From Chiloscyllium plagiosum (taxonomy: Eukaryota), in NCBI RefSeq assembly GCF_004010195.1, contig NC_057750.1:7322530-7386529 (forward strand): DNA of 64,000 bases, written 5' to 3'. Shown one piece after another: positions 24,209 to 36,789 of the stretch (the stretch's first letter is position 1; each line of letters opens with the position of its first letter). A program made the translations under genes and the position numbers. The notes beneath the pieces are model-generated. The model saw only the letters and a list, made by a program, of their open reading frames with translations, did no database searches and was not told the DNA's origin.

Positions 24209-24990
24209 CCATAAGACCATAAGAAATAGCAGTGGATGTAAGGCCATTTGGCCCATCGAGTCCACTCTGCCATTCACTCATGGCTGATGGGCATTTCAAT
24301 GCCAGTTACCGCACTCTCCCCGTAGCCCTTAATTCCTTGCGAGATTAAGAATTTATCAATCTCTGCCTTGAAGACATTTAGCGTCCTGGCCTCCACTGTG
24401 CTCCAAGGCAATGAATTCCACAGGCCCACCACTCTCTGGCTGAAGAAATGTCTCCTCATTTCCATTCAAAATTGACCCCCTCTAATTCTAAGACTGTGCC
24501 CACAAGGTCTAGTATCCACGCCTGACGGAAACAATTTCCCAGCATCCACCCTTTCTAAGCCATGCATTATCTTGTAAGTTTCTATTAAATCTCCCCTCCG
24601 CCTTCTAAACGCTAACAAATACAATCCCAGGATCCTCAGCCGTTCATCATATGTTAGGCCTACCATTCCAGGGATAACAGTGTGAATCTCCGCTGGACAC
24701 GCTCCAGTGCCAGTATGTCCTTCCTGAGGATTCCTGATGAAAGGCTTTTGCCCGAAACGTCGATTTTCCTGCTCCTCGGATGCTGCCTGACTGGCTGTGC
24801 TTTTCCAGCACCACTCTGATCTAAACTCTGGTTTCCAGCATCTGCAGTCCTCACTTTTGCCTAGTAAATCTTTCTGTAGCCTCCCCACCTCCTCAGTACT
24901 ACCTGCCTGTCCACCTAACTTCATATCATCGGCGAACTTCACCAGAATGCCCCCAGTCCCTTCATCCAGACCATTTATCTATAAACTGAA
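24209..24990 (-). mobile_element. CR1-type LINE (RT FADD region to 3' tail) with a PLE insert at 24728-24862
   Basis: 'KFADDMKLGG...RLQKDL' and 'LRKDILALERVQRRF'; (ctt)atgg tail; same subfamily as 29925-30278. Confidence 0.9.
24728..24768 (+). ncRNA. Minimal hammerhead ribozyme motif
   Basis: ggattc-CTGATGA(24734-40)-aaggcttttgccc-GAAA(24754-57)-cg-TC-gatt. Confidence 0.65.
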
Positions 24991-24994
24991 CAGA

Positions 24995-26237
24995 TTTCAA
25001 GATTAGTTCCTGCGGATTGGAGGGTGGCTAATGTTGTACCACTTTTTAAGAAAGGTGGGAGAGAGAAAGCAGGAAGTTATAGATCAGTTAGGCTGACCTC
25101 AGTGGTGGGAAAGATGCTGGAGTCTATTATAAAGGATGAAATTACAACACATCTGGATAGTAGTAACAGGATAGCTCAGAGTCAGCACGGATTTATGAAG
25201 GGGAAATCATGCTTGACTAATCTTCTGGAATTTTTTGAGGATGTAACTCTGAAGATGGATGAGGGAGATCCAGTAGATGTAGTGTACCTGGACTTTCAGA
25301 AAGCTTTTGATAAAGTCCAACATAGGAGGTTAGTGAGCAAAATTAGGGCGCAAGGTATTGGGGGCAAAGTACTAATTTGGATTGAAAGTTGACTGGCTGA
25401 TAGGAAACAAAGAGTAGTGATAAATGACTCCATTTCGGAATGGCAGGCAGTGGCCAGTGGGGTACCGCAGGGATCAGNNNNNNNNNNNNNNNNNNNNNNN
25501 NNNNNNNNNNNNNNNNNNNNNNNNNNNNNNNNNNNNNNNNNNNNNNNNNNNNNNNNNNNNNNNNNNNNNNNNNNNNNNNNNNNNNNNNNNNNNNNNNNNN
25601 NNNNNNNNNNNNNNNNNNNNNNNNNNNNNNNNNNNNNNNGTGTTTCTGCAGCTGTACAGGGCCCTGGTGGGACCACACCTGGAGTACTGTGTGCAGTTCT
25701 GGTCTCCAAATTTGAGAAAAGACATTCTGGCTATTGAGGGAGTGCAGCGTAGGTTCACGAGGTCAATTCCTGGAATGGCAGGATTACCTTACACTGAAAG
25801 ACTGAAGCGACTGGGCTTGTATACCCTTGAGTTTCGAAGATTTAGAGGGGATCTGATTGAGACATATAAGATTATTAAAGGATTGGATACTCTGGAGGCA
25901 GGAAACATGTTTCCGCTGATGGGTGAGTCCTGAACCAGAGGACACAGCTTAAAAATACGGGGTGGACCATTTAGGACAGAGATGAGGAGAAACGTCTTCA
26001 CCCAGAGAGTGGTGGCTGTGTGGAATGCTCTGCCCCGGAGGGCAGTGGAGGCCCAGTCTCTGGATTCATTTAAGAAAGAGTTGGATAGAGCTCTCAAGTC
26101 TAGTGGAATCAAGGGTTATGGAGATAAGGCAGGTACAGGATACTGATTAGGAATGATCAGCCATGATCATATTGAATGGTGGTGCAGACTCGAAGGGCAG
26201 AATGGCCTACTCCTGCACCCATTGTCTATTGTCTATT
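24995..26237 (+). mobile_element. CR1-type LINE ORF2 reverse transcriptase fragment, little decayed, spanning the N gap
   Basis: 'DWRVANVVPLFKKG...SYRSVRLTSVVGKMLE...SQHGFMKGKSCLTNL...VYLDFQKAFDKV...GVPQGS'; (ctattgt)n tail; premature stops. Confidence 0.95.
25478..25639. other. Assembly gap, 162 N
   Basis: N run. Confidence 1.
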
Positions 26238-28059
26238 ACAGGGCACATTTTTAAGGTCAGAGAAGAAAGATTTTAAAAAGACATGAGGGGCAAATTTGTT
26301 TTAAATACAGAGTGGTTTGTGTGTGGAATGAACTTCCAGAGGAAGTGGTGGATGCGGGTACAGTTACAATGTTTAAAAAAACATTTCGCTAAGTTTGTGA
26401 ATAGGAAAGGTTTGGAAGGATATGGGCCAAACACAGGCAGGTGGGACTAGTTTGGAATTATGGGTCAGTGTGGACCGAGGTTTGGTCCGAAGGGTCTGTT
26501 TCCGTGCTGTATGAGTCTGAGAGGCTGGGGACATTTTTCACTGGGAGCATAGGAGTTTGAGGGGTGACCTTATAGAGGTTTACAAAGTCATGAGCAGCAT
26601 AGATAAGGTGAATAACCAAGGTCTTTCCCCAGGATAGGGGAGTTCAAAACTAGAGGGCATAAGTTTAAGGTGAGAGGGGAAAGGACCTAAGGGGGCAACC
26701 TTTTTCACACAGAGAATGGTTTATGTGTGGAATGACCTGCCAGAGGGAAGAGGTAAACGCAAGTACAGTTACATTTAAATGACATCTGGGCATGAAGAAG
26801 GAAAGGTTTGAAGGAATATGGGCCAAGCAGAGGCAAGTGAGACTAGCTTAGTTTGGGAACGTGGTGGGCGTGAACGAGTTGGATCGAAGGGTCTGTTCCC
26901 GCCACTCGAAGTAGGCTGCTTTGTCCTGCGTGGTGCGAGGTGTTTGCATGTTGTTCCTGTGTGGAATCTTATCTGACACCTTCTGGAAATCCATAAAGAT
27001 AGCAGCTGGCTACCTTCCCCCGTCGGGCCAACTTAAATTGTCATAGTTCACCTCAAACCCACGATGGGTTAAAACGAAAGTACCACACACACACACCAAT
27101 TATAGCACCCAATCTTGCTACACGTCATGAATCAGCCAGATAAGACAACACTGGGACTTTCTGAGACTGTTTGATTATTTTACTGCTTCTAAAAAGCAGG
27201 CTTCCAGTCATTTGTGCTATTGGTCCTTGTACTGTTCAGCATCTTAGTGTTCAGCTGTTATATCGATTGCCAGTAGGGATTCTATCTTTGGACGTAGGAA
27301 GGAAACCCACATGGGGCAACATTCAAACTCCCCACACAGTCTGCCCGAGGGTGGAATGGAACCCAGGTCCCTAGCGCCGCGAGGTAGCAGCGCTAACCAC
27401 TGAGCCACCCACTTTCTCTTTCAACTGTGTCTGCTGCGCTCTGAAGGAATCGGAATCGCATTGGACCACACCGCAGCGCTGGCTGCATCTGTTTGATTCA
27501 TTCGGCCGTCTCGATGGGTCAGAAGAGGGATCAGTGCGGCAGATTAATTGCGTGCAGTCACCCAGAGTGAGGAGACTGAGTGGCAAGGTCTCGGGAAATC
27601 AATGGAGGGCTGCTTTTTCTTTTATTGTTTAAAAAAAAAACCCACTACCATTCGCCTGGCTCATGACAACGCTGGATCCTGTTGAAGCCCATTACCCTGC
27701 GCTGAAGGGGAGACAGCAGGGAAGGGGCAGGCCAGCGGGGGGTGTCCACTCACCGAGACAGCGCCGTTGCTCATTAGCTGAACATCCAGCCGTGCATTAA
27801 GGAATTGAAAATTAATTCCTCCGGCAGCCTGACCAGGAGAGTCAGAGTTTCAAAAGAGAAACTCTTCTTCTAGCGCTTTCATATGGAATCCCTGCATTGT
27901 GGGAGTAGGCTGTTTGGCCCATCGAGTCCATACCGACCCTCTGAAGAGCTTCCCACCCAGATCCATCCCCTTACCCTGGCCCTGTAACCCCACATTTCCA
28001 ATGGCTAACCCACCTAACCTACACATGCCTCGTAGCCCAGTACTACTGCCTGTAGGGTG

Positions 28060-28400
28060 AGACGATGGCCTAGTGGTATTGTCGCTGGGCTGTTGGCCCA
28101 GGTAATGTTCCTGGGATCTGCGTTCAAATCCTGCCATGACAGGTGGTGGGATTTGAATTCAATAAAAAGGTGATTTAAGAATTTAGTGATTACCACAAGC
28201 CGATTGTTGGGAAAAACCCATCTGGTTCCCAACTATCCTTTTAGGGAAGAAAATCTGCCATCTTTACCTAGTCTGGCCTACACGTGACTCCAGACCCACA
28301 GCAAAAGGATTGGCTCTTAACTGCCCTCTGGGCAATTAGGGATGGGCAATAAATGCTGACCCAGCCAGGGGCGCCCATGTCCCATAAATGAATAAATGAA
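28060..28400 (+). mobile_element. Second tRNA-derived SINE family (also ~44165-44480, 49790-50060, 50670-50975, 60530-60750; minus-strand pieces ~21320-21640, 37580-38220, 54300-54430)
   Basis: A box tggcctagtgg, B box gttcaaatcc, core 'cccatctggttc...agggaagga..ctgccatccttacctggtctggcctacatgtgactccagacccacagcaa'. Confidence 0.75.
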
Positions 28401-29924
28401 AAGTAGTGTAGCCTTGCAGGATTAGTTTTTTTTCCCTCTTTAACCTACTCGGCGATGTTACCACACGCCTTCTGGAGCAGGTGGGACTTGAACCGTGACC
28501 TCCTAGTCCAGAGGTGGCAACACTACCATGAGGCAAAAGTGCGGGGGGTGTTCTTTTTTTTTCTTGGAAGGCAAACATGGCAAGTGCACAGGGTGTGGGT
28601 GAAGGAAAATGTCGGATCTTTCTCCTCAGAGGTCCACGGATGTCCACCCTCTTGAATGGCGGCCAACAACCTCCATGGGCCATTCCCACCGTACAGCAGG
28701 ATTCACTCCCAGGCCAGGTTCCCTCGACATCTCCCATTCTCCACCCCCCCCATCCCAGAATCCCTACGATGTGGAAACATGCTGACCCTCTGAAGAGTAA
28801 CTCACCCAGACCCATTCCTTTCCCCTAATACTCCTCTTACCCTATATTTACCCATGACTAATGCACCTACACATCCCTGGACACTATGGGGCAACTGAGC
28901 ATAGCCAGTCCACCCTAACCTGCACATCTTTGAGGAAACCCACACAGACACGGGGAGAACGTGCAAACTCCACACAGGCAGTCACCCGAGGCTGGAATCG
29001 AACCTGGGTCCCTGGTACCATGAGGCAGCAGTGCTAACCATTGAGACACCGTGCTGCCCCAATGTCAACCCTTCCCTCTTCCCGTTGTAACGTCCAAGCC
29101 TTTTTTCCTCACCGCCCTTCCTGGATCATTCAGGCTGACTGAAGAACTATTTCCTGCCTTCTGTCCTAAAGCTGACCTTCGGGGCCCATGCAGCTGTGCC
29201 CTCTTCACGTCTCCCGTTTTGTTTGGGCTGAGCAGCTCCTCCTGTTACAGAAACTGGAATGATGCAGCAGTTTGCGAACCATCGAGGATGCAATTCAATG
29301 ACGAATATTTTCCCAAAGGTCACCGACATTCATCCCGCTGGAAGCACAGCAGCTTCCGAGTTCAGTTTTGAAACGGAACAGAGATCTGCATTTATATATA
29401 ACCATCTGTCACGGTGTGACCGGAGGTGTTTTTACACCGTGTGTTACATTCACAGTGTGGTCTTTGCTGTAATAAAATCCATCCCCTGTCTGAAAGCAAC
29501 TTAGAATCATAAAGTGCTCACAAGAGGAGGCTATTCAGCCCATAATGTCCATAGTAGGCCACAACAAATCAGCCTGTTCCACTCGTAGAATCCCTACAAA
29601 GTGGGAGCAGGCCATTCAGCCCATCAAGTCTGCACTGGCCCTCCAAATGGCATCTCACCCCCTTCCTGTAACCCTGCATTCCCCATGGCTAACCCACCTA
29701 GCCTGCCCATCCCTGGATGTTATGGAATAATTTAGCATGGCCAATCCACCCTAACCTGCAAATCTTTGGATTGTGGAAGGAAACCAATGCAGCCACAGGG
29801 AGAATGTGCAAACTCCAGGCAGACAGTCGCCTAAGGGTAGAATCGAACCCGGGTCCCTGGAGCCATGAGGTAGCAGTGCTAACCACTGAGCTACTGTTCC
29901 ACCCCGATGCCATCTCACAGGCCT

Positions 29925-30278
29925 GGCTTGGAAAAGGTGGATGCTAGGAAATTGTTTCAGTTAAACGAGGAGACTAGGACCCGTGGACACAGCCTTAGAA
30001 TTAGAGGGGGTCATTTCAGAACAGAAATGCGGAGACATTTCTTCAGCCAGAGAGTGGTGGGCCTGTGGAATTCATTGCCACGGAGTGCAGTGGAAGCCGG
30101 GACGCTAAATGTCTTCAAGGCCGAGATTGATAGATTCTTGTTGTCTAGAGGAATTAAGGGCTACGGGGAGAACGCTGGTAAGTGGAGCTGAAATGCCCAT
30201 CAGCCATGATTGAATGGCGGAGTGGACTCGATGGGCCGAATGGCCTTACTTCCGCTCCTATGTCTTATGGTCTTATGG
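29925..30278 (+). mobile_element. CR1-type LINE 3' fragment, CpG-retaining (young)
   Basis: 'GLEKVDARKLF...RGHSLRIRGGHFRTEMRRHFFSQRVVGLWNSLP'. Confidence 0.9.
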
Positions 30279-30659
30279 CCCTGCATTTTTTTAAACGTTC
30301 AGGTAATTATCCAATTCTCTTTAGAAAGTATCAATTAAATCTGCCTCCAACACACTTGGGTACCATGCTATACTGCAGATCCTGAACCCTCGCTGCACAG
30401 AAAGGATTTTCTTGTTATTGCCTCTGGTCCTTTAACCAATCACTGCTCAGGAGCAGGAGGAGGTCGTTCAGCCCCTCACACTTGCTCCACCAGTCTAGCC
30501 CCTGGTTGTTCTTGAATCTCAACGTGCTAGTCCCATATCCTTTGATGTCATTAATAACAAGAAATCCATCGATCTCTGTCTCCAATGTACTTTGTGACTA
30601 AGCTGTCACAAACGTCTGAGTTAGACAAATATGAAAATCCACCGTCCTCTGAGTGAAGA

Positions 30660-31338
30660 TGAATAGTCAACATGGCTTTGTGCGTGGGAAATCATGTCTC
30701 ACAAACTTCATTGAGTTTTTTGAAAAAGTAACAAAGAGGATTGATGAGGGCAGAGCGGTAGCTGTGATCTATATGGACTTCAGTAAGGCATTTGACAAGG
30801 TTCCCCATGGGAGACTGATTAGCAAGGTTAGATCTCATTGAATACAGGGAGAACCAGCCATTTGGATACAGAACTGGCTCAAAAGTAGAAGACAGAGGGT
30901 GGTGGTGGATGGTGTTTTTCAGACTGGAGGCCTGTGACCAGTGGAGTGCCACAAGGATCAGTGCTGGGTCCTCTACTTTTTGTCATTTACATAAATGATT
31001 TGGATGTGAGCATAAGAGGTACAGGGTTCGGGTAGTCCTGAACTAGAGGGCATAGGTTTAGGGTGAGAGGGGAAGGATATAAAAGAGACCTACAGGGGCA
31101 ACCTTTGCATACAGAGGGTGGTACGGGTATGGAATGAGCTGCCAGAGGAAGTGGTGGAGGCTGGTACAATTACAACATTTAAGAAGCACCTGGATTGGTA
31201 TATGAATAGGAAGGGTTTGGAGGGATATGGGCCAAGTGCTGGCACGTGGGACTAGATTGGTTGGGATATCTGGTCGGCATGGATGGGTTGGACCGAAGGA
31301 TCTGTTTCTGTGCTGTACATCTCTATGACTCTATGACA
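30660..31338 (+). mobile_element. HER1 LINE: RT core joined directly to the 3' end (internal deletion)
   Basis: 'SQHGFVRGKSCLTN...[21 protein letters not shown]' jumps at ~31025 to 'actagagggcatagg'. Confidence 0.85.
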
Positions 31339-31899
31339 TTCCTTCTCATCTCCATCCTAAATGACATGCTTTTTACACTGAGATAACAGACCAGTTGTGC
31401 GGGGAGGCCATTCAGCCCCTCAGGCTTGTTCTGCCATTCAAAACCATCATGGCTGATTTCCACTCCATTTTCTTGACCGCTCTCCATAACCCTTCAGCCC
31501 ATTACTAATTAAACATCTGTCCATCTCCTCCTCATTCAGCATGCCAGCATCCACCCCATGCTGGGGGGGGGGAGGAGGGGGGAGTGAATTCCACCAATTC
31601 ATGAAAGTTTAAAAGAAACAATTTCGCCTTCTCCCTGTTGCAAAGTCTGTCAGGGGTGGTAGGCTATCAAAGGAGTGTTTGGTGTGCTGAGGAAGTGTGT
31701 CTTGTAGATGGTACACACTGCTGGCATGATCCATCAGAGCATGAATGGACCTCTAATTTCAAATAATGTTGACCTTGCCTTGTGCCAGTCCTGTACAGTG
31801 TAACCTGTGTGCCTTACTCTGGACAAGTTTTTTCGTCACTCTATATGATCTGTGTCCTTACTTGCACTGCTCGCAAACAAAGCTTTTCACTGTACTTAG

Positions 31900-32840
31900 A
31901 GTCAAAATGGGTCTTCTCTACATCGGGGAGATTCAACGCAAACTTAGGGAACGGTTTGATGAGTATCTGAGCTAGACCTGCAGGGGCCGACAGGACCTCC
32001 AGTCACCCCCCGTTTCAAATCTCCTTTCCACTCCCTTTCTGACATGACCATCCTCGGCCTCCTCCATTGCCACAATGAATCACACCGCAAATTGGAGGAG
32101 CAACATGGGTGGCACGGTGGCACAGTGGTTAGCACTGCTGCCTCACAGCGCCGGAGACCCGGGTTCAATTCCCGCCTCAGGCGACTGACTGTGTGGAGTT
32201 TGCACATTCTCCCTGTGTCTGCGTGGGTTTCCTCCGGGTGCTCCGGTTTCCTCCCACAGTCCAAAGATGTGCAGGTTAGGTGAATTGGCCATGTTAAATT
32301 GTCCGTCATGTTAGGTAAGGGGTAAATGTAGGGGTATGGGTGGTTTGTGCTTCGGCGGGTCGGTGTGGACTTGTTGGGCCGAAGGGCCTGTTTCCACACT
32401 GTAAAGTAATCTAAAAAAAAACACTTCATCTTCCAGCCTACAGCCCGGAGAACTCAACGTTGAACTCTACAATTTCAAATAACCTCCCTCCCCAGTCTCT
32501 CCCTTCCACTGCTCCCTGCCACCAACCAGATTCGTCCCTCCCATCCACCAACCAGGTCATACCCTCTACCTGTCTTCACCAACCCCACTTCATCACCCTG
32601 CCCCTGCCACTTCCTTCATCTGCAGCTCCCCCAACACCCATCCCCAGTCCTGAAGAAGGGTCACATCCAAAATGTTGACTTCTGCACCTCCTGATGCTGC
32701 CTGCTTTGCTGTGTTCCCCCAGCCTCCTGCCTGTCCCTCCTGATGCTGCCTGCCTTGCTGTGTTCTCCCAGCCTCCTGCCTGTCCCTCCTGATGCTGCCT
32801 GGCTTGCTGTGATCTTCCGGCATCCTGCCTGTCTACTTTC
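31900..32840 (+). mobile_element. Penelope-like element, GIY-YIG end plus 3' terminus, interrupted by HE1 SINE (32107-32421)
   Basis: 'GLLYIGEIQRKLRERFDEYL', 'MTILGLLHCHNESHRKLEEQH' | SINE | 'LQP..LNVE'; hammerhead remnant agtc-CTGAAGA...AAAA-tg-TT-gact; 3 x 49-bp units 32688-32835. Confidence 0.85.
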
Positions 32841-32974
32841 GCTGTACTTAGGCACATGTGACAGTAAATCAAATTGATCAATTGTTGGTGGAAGGAGGGA
32901 ACATTTGAAGGTGATGGTTATGATGACCAATGGGCAGCTTTAGCATGGATGGCACTCAGCTTCCCCACAGCACT

Positions 32975-33477
32975 CATAGAGTCATAAAGATGTACAGCCC
33001 GGAAACAGACCCTTTGGTGCAATCTATCCATGCTGACTAGATATCCCAACCCAATCTAGACCCACCTGCCAGCACTCGGCCCATATCCCTCCCAACCCTT
33101 CCTATTCACATGCCCATCCAGATGCCTTTTAAATGTTGCCATTGTACCAGCCTCCACCACTTCCCCTGGCAGCTCATTCCATACACGTACCACTCTCTGC
33201 GTGAAAAGGTTGCCCCTTAGGTCTCTTTTATATCCATCCCCTCCTAGAAACCTATGCTTTCTAGTTCTGGACTCCCCGACCCCAGGGAAAGGATTTATGC
33301 CTATTTATCCTATCCATGCCCCTCATAATTTTATAAACCTCTATAAGATCACCCCACAGCCTCTGACGTTCCAGGGATAACAGCCCCAGCCTGTTCAGCC
33401 TCTCCCTGTAGCTCAAATCCTCCAACCCTAGCAACATCCTTGTAAATCTTTTCTGAACCCTTTCAAGTTTCACAACA
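32975..33477 (-). mobile_element. HER1 LINE 3' fragment
   Basis: 'KLERVQKRFTRMLLGLEDLSYRERLNRLGL'. Confidence 0.9.
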
Positions 33478-33524
33478 CTCTCAAGAAATGTACTTCACTG
33501 GTAGCAGAGTAAATTGGATGTATT

Positions 33525-33705
33525 TTGTTGTCATAGTCTTACCAGCCCATTGGGGCCGCTCTCCCATTAGAGAGAGAAGCGACTGGTGATTTAACCTGAG
33601 GGTCACCAGAGCTCAGGGTTGAGAAGGATAGTCCTTCATGGTAACCTCAAACTGGTGATGGGAATTGAACCCACGCTGTTGGCATCACGCTGCTCGGCAA
33701 ACCGG
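33525..33705 (-). mobile_element. Third SINE family (also 56535-56750 +, 62752-62925 -)
   Basis: Shared 'gagagag..actggtg..ttaacctgagggtcacc' and B-box 'gggaattgaacccacgctgttggc'. Confidence 0.65.
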
Positions 33706-34405
33706 CAAGGCAGCAGAATAAAAGTCACTATATGAATGCAGGTAGCTTTCTGTTTTGGTCTATATCTCAACAGGACTGGGGTCCAAATGGCAAGGTCAAA
33801 CCTCTCAATGCATGGGTACCCTTCTTCCTGTGATGAACCAAGAGGTTGTAGGTAGGACACAGTTAGACCAGTAAGGCAGGGCTGATGCGGGGAAAGTTTC
33901 CGCCTAATTAGCTTCTGTTGCTAAAGGAAAATTTCGCAAAGCTTTCCTTTCATGGAAAGTTTTCGTGTGGTTGCTCAATCAAAATGCGTAAAATGTACGA
34001 CAAATTATCTGTTGTGTACAAGGTGGAGTTTGCTTATCTACTCGAACTTCCATTTATCACTCTGTGTTTACTTAGCCCTGACTTCTCAGGACGCTGTGCA
34101 GCATTGCCAGACCTCCGAACCGTCAGTCAGGACTGTCAAGAGTTGCAACTAGGGTCTTCGTTGTATTCTGCTGTTTGATTTTTAGAGTTTAGGAACAGAG
34201 GTGGGCAGGTGTGAAAGTGCCACAGAGGCATTAGCAAGGGGGGGGTGCAATCTGCCATCCTTACCTGGTCTGGCCTACATGTGATTCCTGTCGCACATCA
34301 ATGGGGTTGATTCTTAACAGTTGGGAATGGGCCTTACAGCCAGCGATGCTCATATCTCCTGCATGAATATAAAAATGTTTGGTACACTTCCCTTCATTGG
34401 TTGGA

Positions 34406-34621
34406 GTCAGAAGTCACCTAACAGCTTACAGTCCGACAGGTTTATTTGAAATCACAAGCTTTCGTGGCGCTGCCCCTTTGGAGGGTGAGGTATTCCTTCA
34501 CCTGATGAAGAGGCAGCGCTCCGAAAGCTTGTGATTTCAAATAAACCTGTCAGACTATAACCTGGTGTCGTGCAATGTCTGACTTTGTCCACTCCAGTCC
34601 AACACCAGCACCTCCACACCA
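34406..34621 (+). mobile_element. Fold-back PLE terminal element with hammerhead, inserted in a HER1 LINE (34375-35238)
   Basis: Arms gacaggtttatttgaaatcacaagctttcg / cgaaagcttgtgatttcaaataaacctgtc; tcac-CTGATGA...GAAA-gc-TT-gtga. Confidence 0.85.
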
Positions 34622-35783
34622 TGGCACTTATCAGTCAGTGTTTTGAGTACAGGAGTTGGGAGGTCATGTGTCGGTTGTACAGGACATTGGTTAGACCACT
34701 TTTGAAATATTGTGTGCAATTCTGGTCTCCCTCCTATAGGAAGGATGTTGTGAAACTTGAAAGGGTTCAGAAAAGATTTACAAGGATGTTGCCAGGGTTG
34801 GAGGGTTTGAGCTACAGGGAGAGGCTGAACAGGCTGGGGCTGTTTTCCCTGGAGCATTGGAGGCTGAGGGCTGACCTTATAGAGGTTTATAAAATCATGA
34901 GGAGCATGGATAGGATAAATAGACAAGGCCTTTGGCTCGGGGTGGGGAGAGTCCAAAACTAGAGGGCATAGGTTTAAGGTGAGAGGGGAAAGGTATAAAA
35001 GAGACCTAAGGGACAACTATTTCACACAGAGGGTGGTGCGTGTGTGGAATGAGCTGCCAGAGGAAGTGGCGGAGGCTGGTACAGCTAAAACATTTAAAAG
35101 GCATCTGGATGAGTATATGAATCGGAAGGGTTTAGAGGGAAATGAGCCAAGTGCTGGCAAATGGGATTAGTTTAATTTAGGATATCTGGTCAGCATGGAC
35201 GAGTTGGACCGAAGGGTCTGTTTCCGTGCTGTACATCTCTTTCCCAAACCTTTCACCTCTCCGTTCCCCTCTGCACCCACAAGAATCCCTTTGATACTCA
35301 GCACTTCAACTAAGTTATCATCACCTTTTCCGAAGAGCTCCATCCCTCCATGCTTCTATTTGGACACTTCACTGCCATGAAAATGCTCTTGAAATGGCCA
35401 TCGATTATTTATCAGAGTGGGCCGGGCCCGTCCTCATTGGAATCTGGAAGAATGTGGGGCGACCTTATTGAAACATGCAGGATTCTGAGGAGACTTGAGA
35501 GGGGGAGACGTGGAGAGGGTGTTCCCCCGTGTGGGGGAGTCAGGGACCTGAGGGGCATCATCTCAGGGTAAGGAGTCAAAAATATAACTGAGACATCAGG
35601 AGGATAAAGGATCTGTGCATTTCTTTACGACCATAGAGACTGGGTCATTATGTAAATTCAAGGCTGAGATCAAGAGATTTTTAATCTGTAAAGGAATCAA
35701 GAGTTACAGAGAAAAGTGGGGCTGGAGATCATCGTGATCTTAATGCATGAGGATGGAAGATCACAACAAACCAGGCGGCGTCA

Positions 35784-35910
35784 GGGCCTGAGGAAGGGTT
35801 ACACACCCGAAATGTTGACTTCTCCACCTGCCTGGCTTGCTGCGTTCTTCCAGACTCCTGCTTGTCTCCTTTGGAGTCTAGCATCTGCAGTTTTTTTGTC
35901 TCTAACCATG
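35784..35910 (+). mobile_element. Short PLE terminal element with hammerhead core
   Basis: CTGAGGA-a-GGGT-tacac-ACCC-GAAA-tg-TT-gact; a single copy of the 49-bp unit. Confidence 0.8.
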
Positions 35911-36789
35911 ATCTTATTGTACGGAAGAATGGACTCAATGGGCCAAAAGGCTCCTATGTCTTGTGGTCTGTTTTCCTTCTGATGTTGACAGATAAATATT
36001 GGCTGGGATATTAAGAGGAGCTGTTCTTTGACAGCCATAGGTCTGTCCCATTCACTTGAGGGAAGCACGGTGGCTCAGTGGTTAGCCCTGCTGCCTCACA
36101 GCGCCAGGGACCCGGGTTCGATCCCACCCTCGGGCAGCTGTCTGTGTAGAGTTTGCACATTCTCCCCATGTCTGCCTGGGTTTCCTCCCACAGTCCAAAG
36201 ATGTGTGGGTTAGCCATGGGAAATGCAGAGTTACAGGGACAGTGTAGGTCTGGATGGGATGCTGTCTGGAGGGTTGGTATGGGCTGAATGGCCTGTTTCC
36301 ACACTGCAGGGATCCTATGAAAGGCAAGCACTCCCAACAACTCAGCACTGTGTTGGAGTGCCACCTATTCTCTAACCTCGGAGGGGGTCTCGAACCTGGA
36401 ATTGTGTGATTCTGAGGAGAATCTGAGCTGCAACTAGTACACAGTGGAAACATTTGTAAAGAGATTAAAATAGTGAGACTCTGTCTTAAATCCGGCACCA
36501 ATCCCACAGCAGGAACATCCGACAATGGGACTGTTCTCAGCAGAATGTGCCCGTATTTTAGTTTTGAGAAGACAGGGTTCCTTCCCCCATCTGTCTTTAT
36601 CTTTTGCCAAAGTGTTCCAAAACAATGAGCTGATCTGACCAACATTATCAGAGGCCTTGATCTCATGTGCTGGAAGGCAGCGGATCCTGTGCGGGCAAAA
36701 TGCGGGACAGATGAACTTGTAAATGCTTTCATTGAGGAGTTCCCTCCCACACCCACACCCCGAGATGGTCTCACAATATTCTCACAGTC

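Noticed and set aside
36082..36774. 230-aa minus-strand ORF
   Set aside because: Runs across SINE remnants and unique DNA with no recognisable domain
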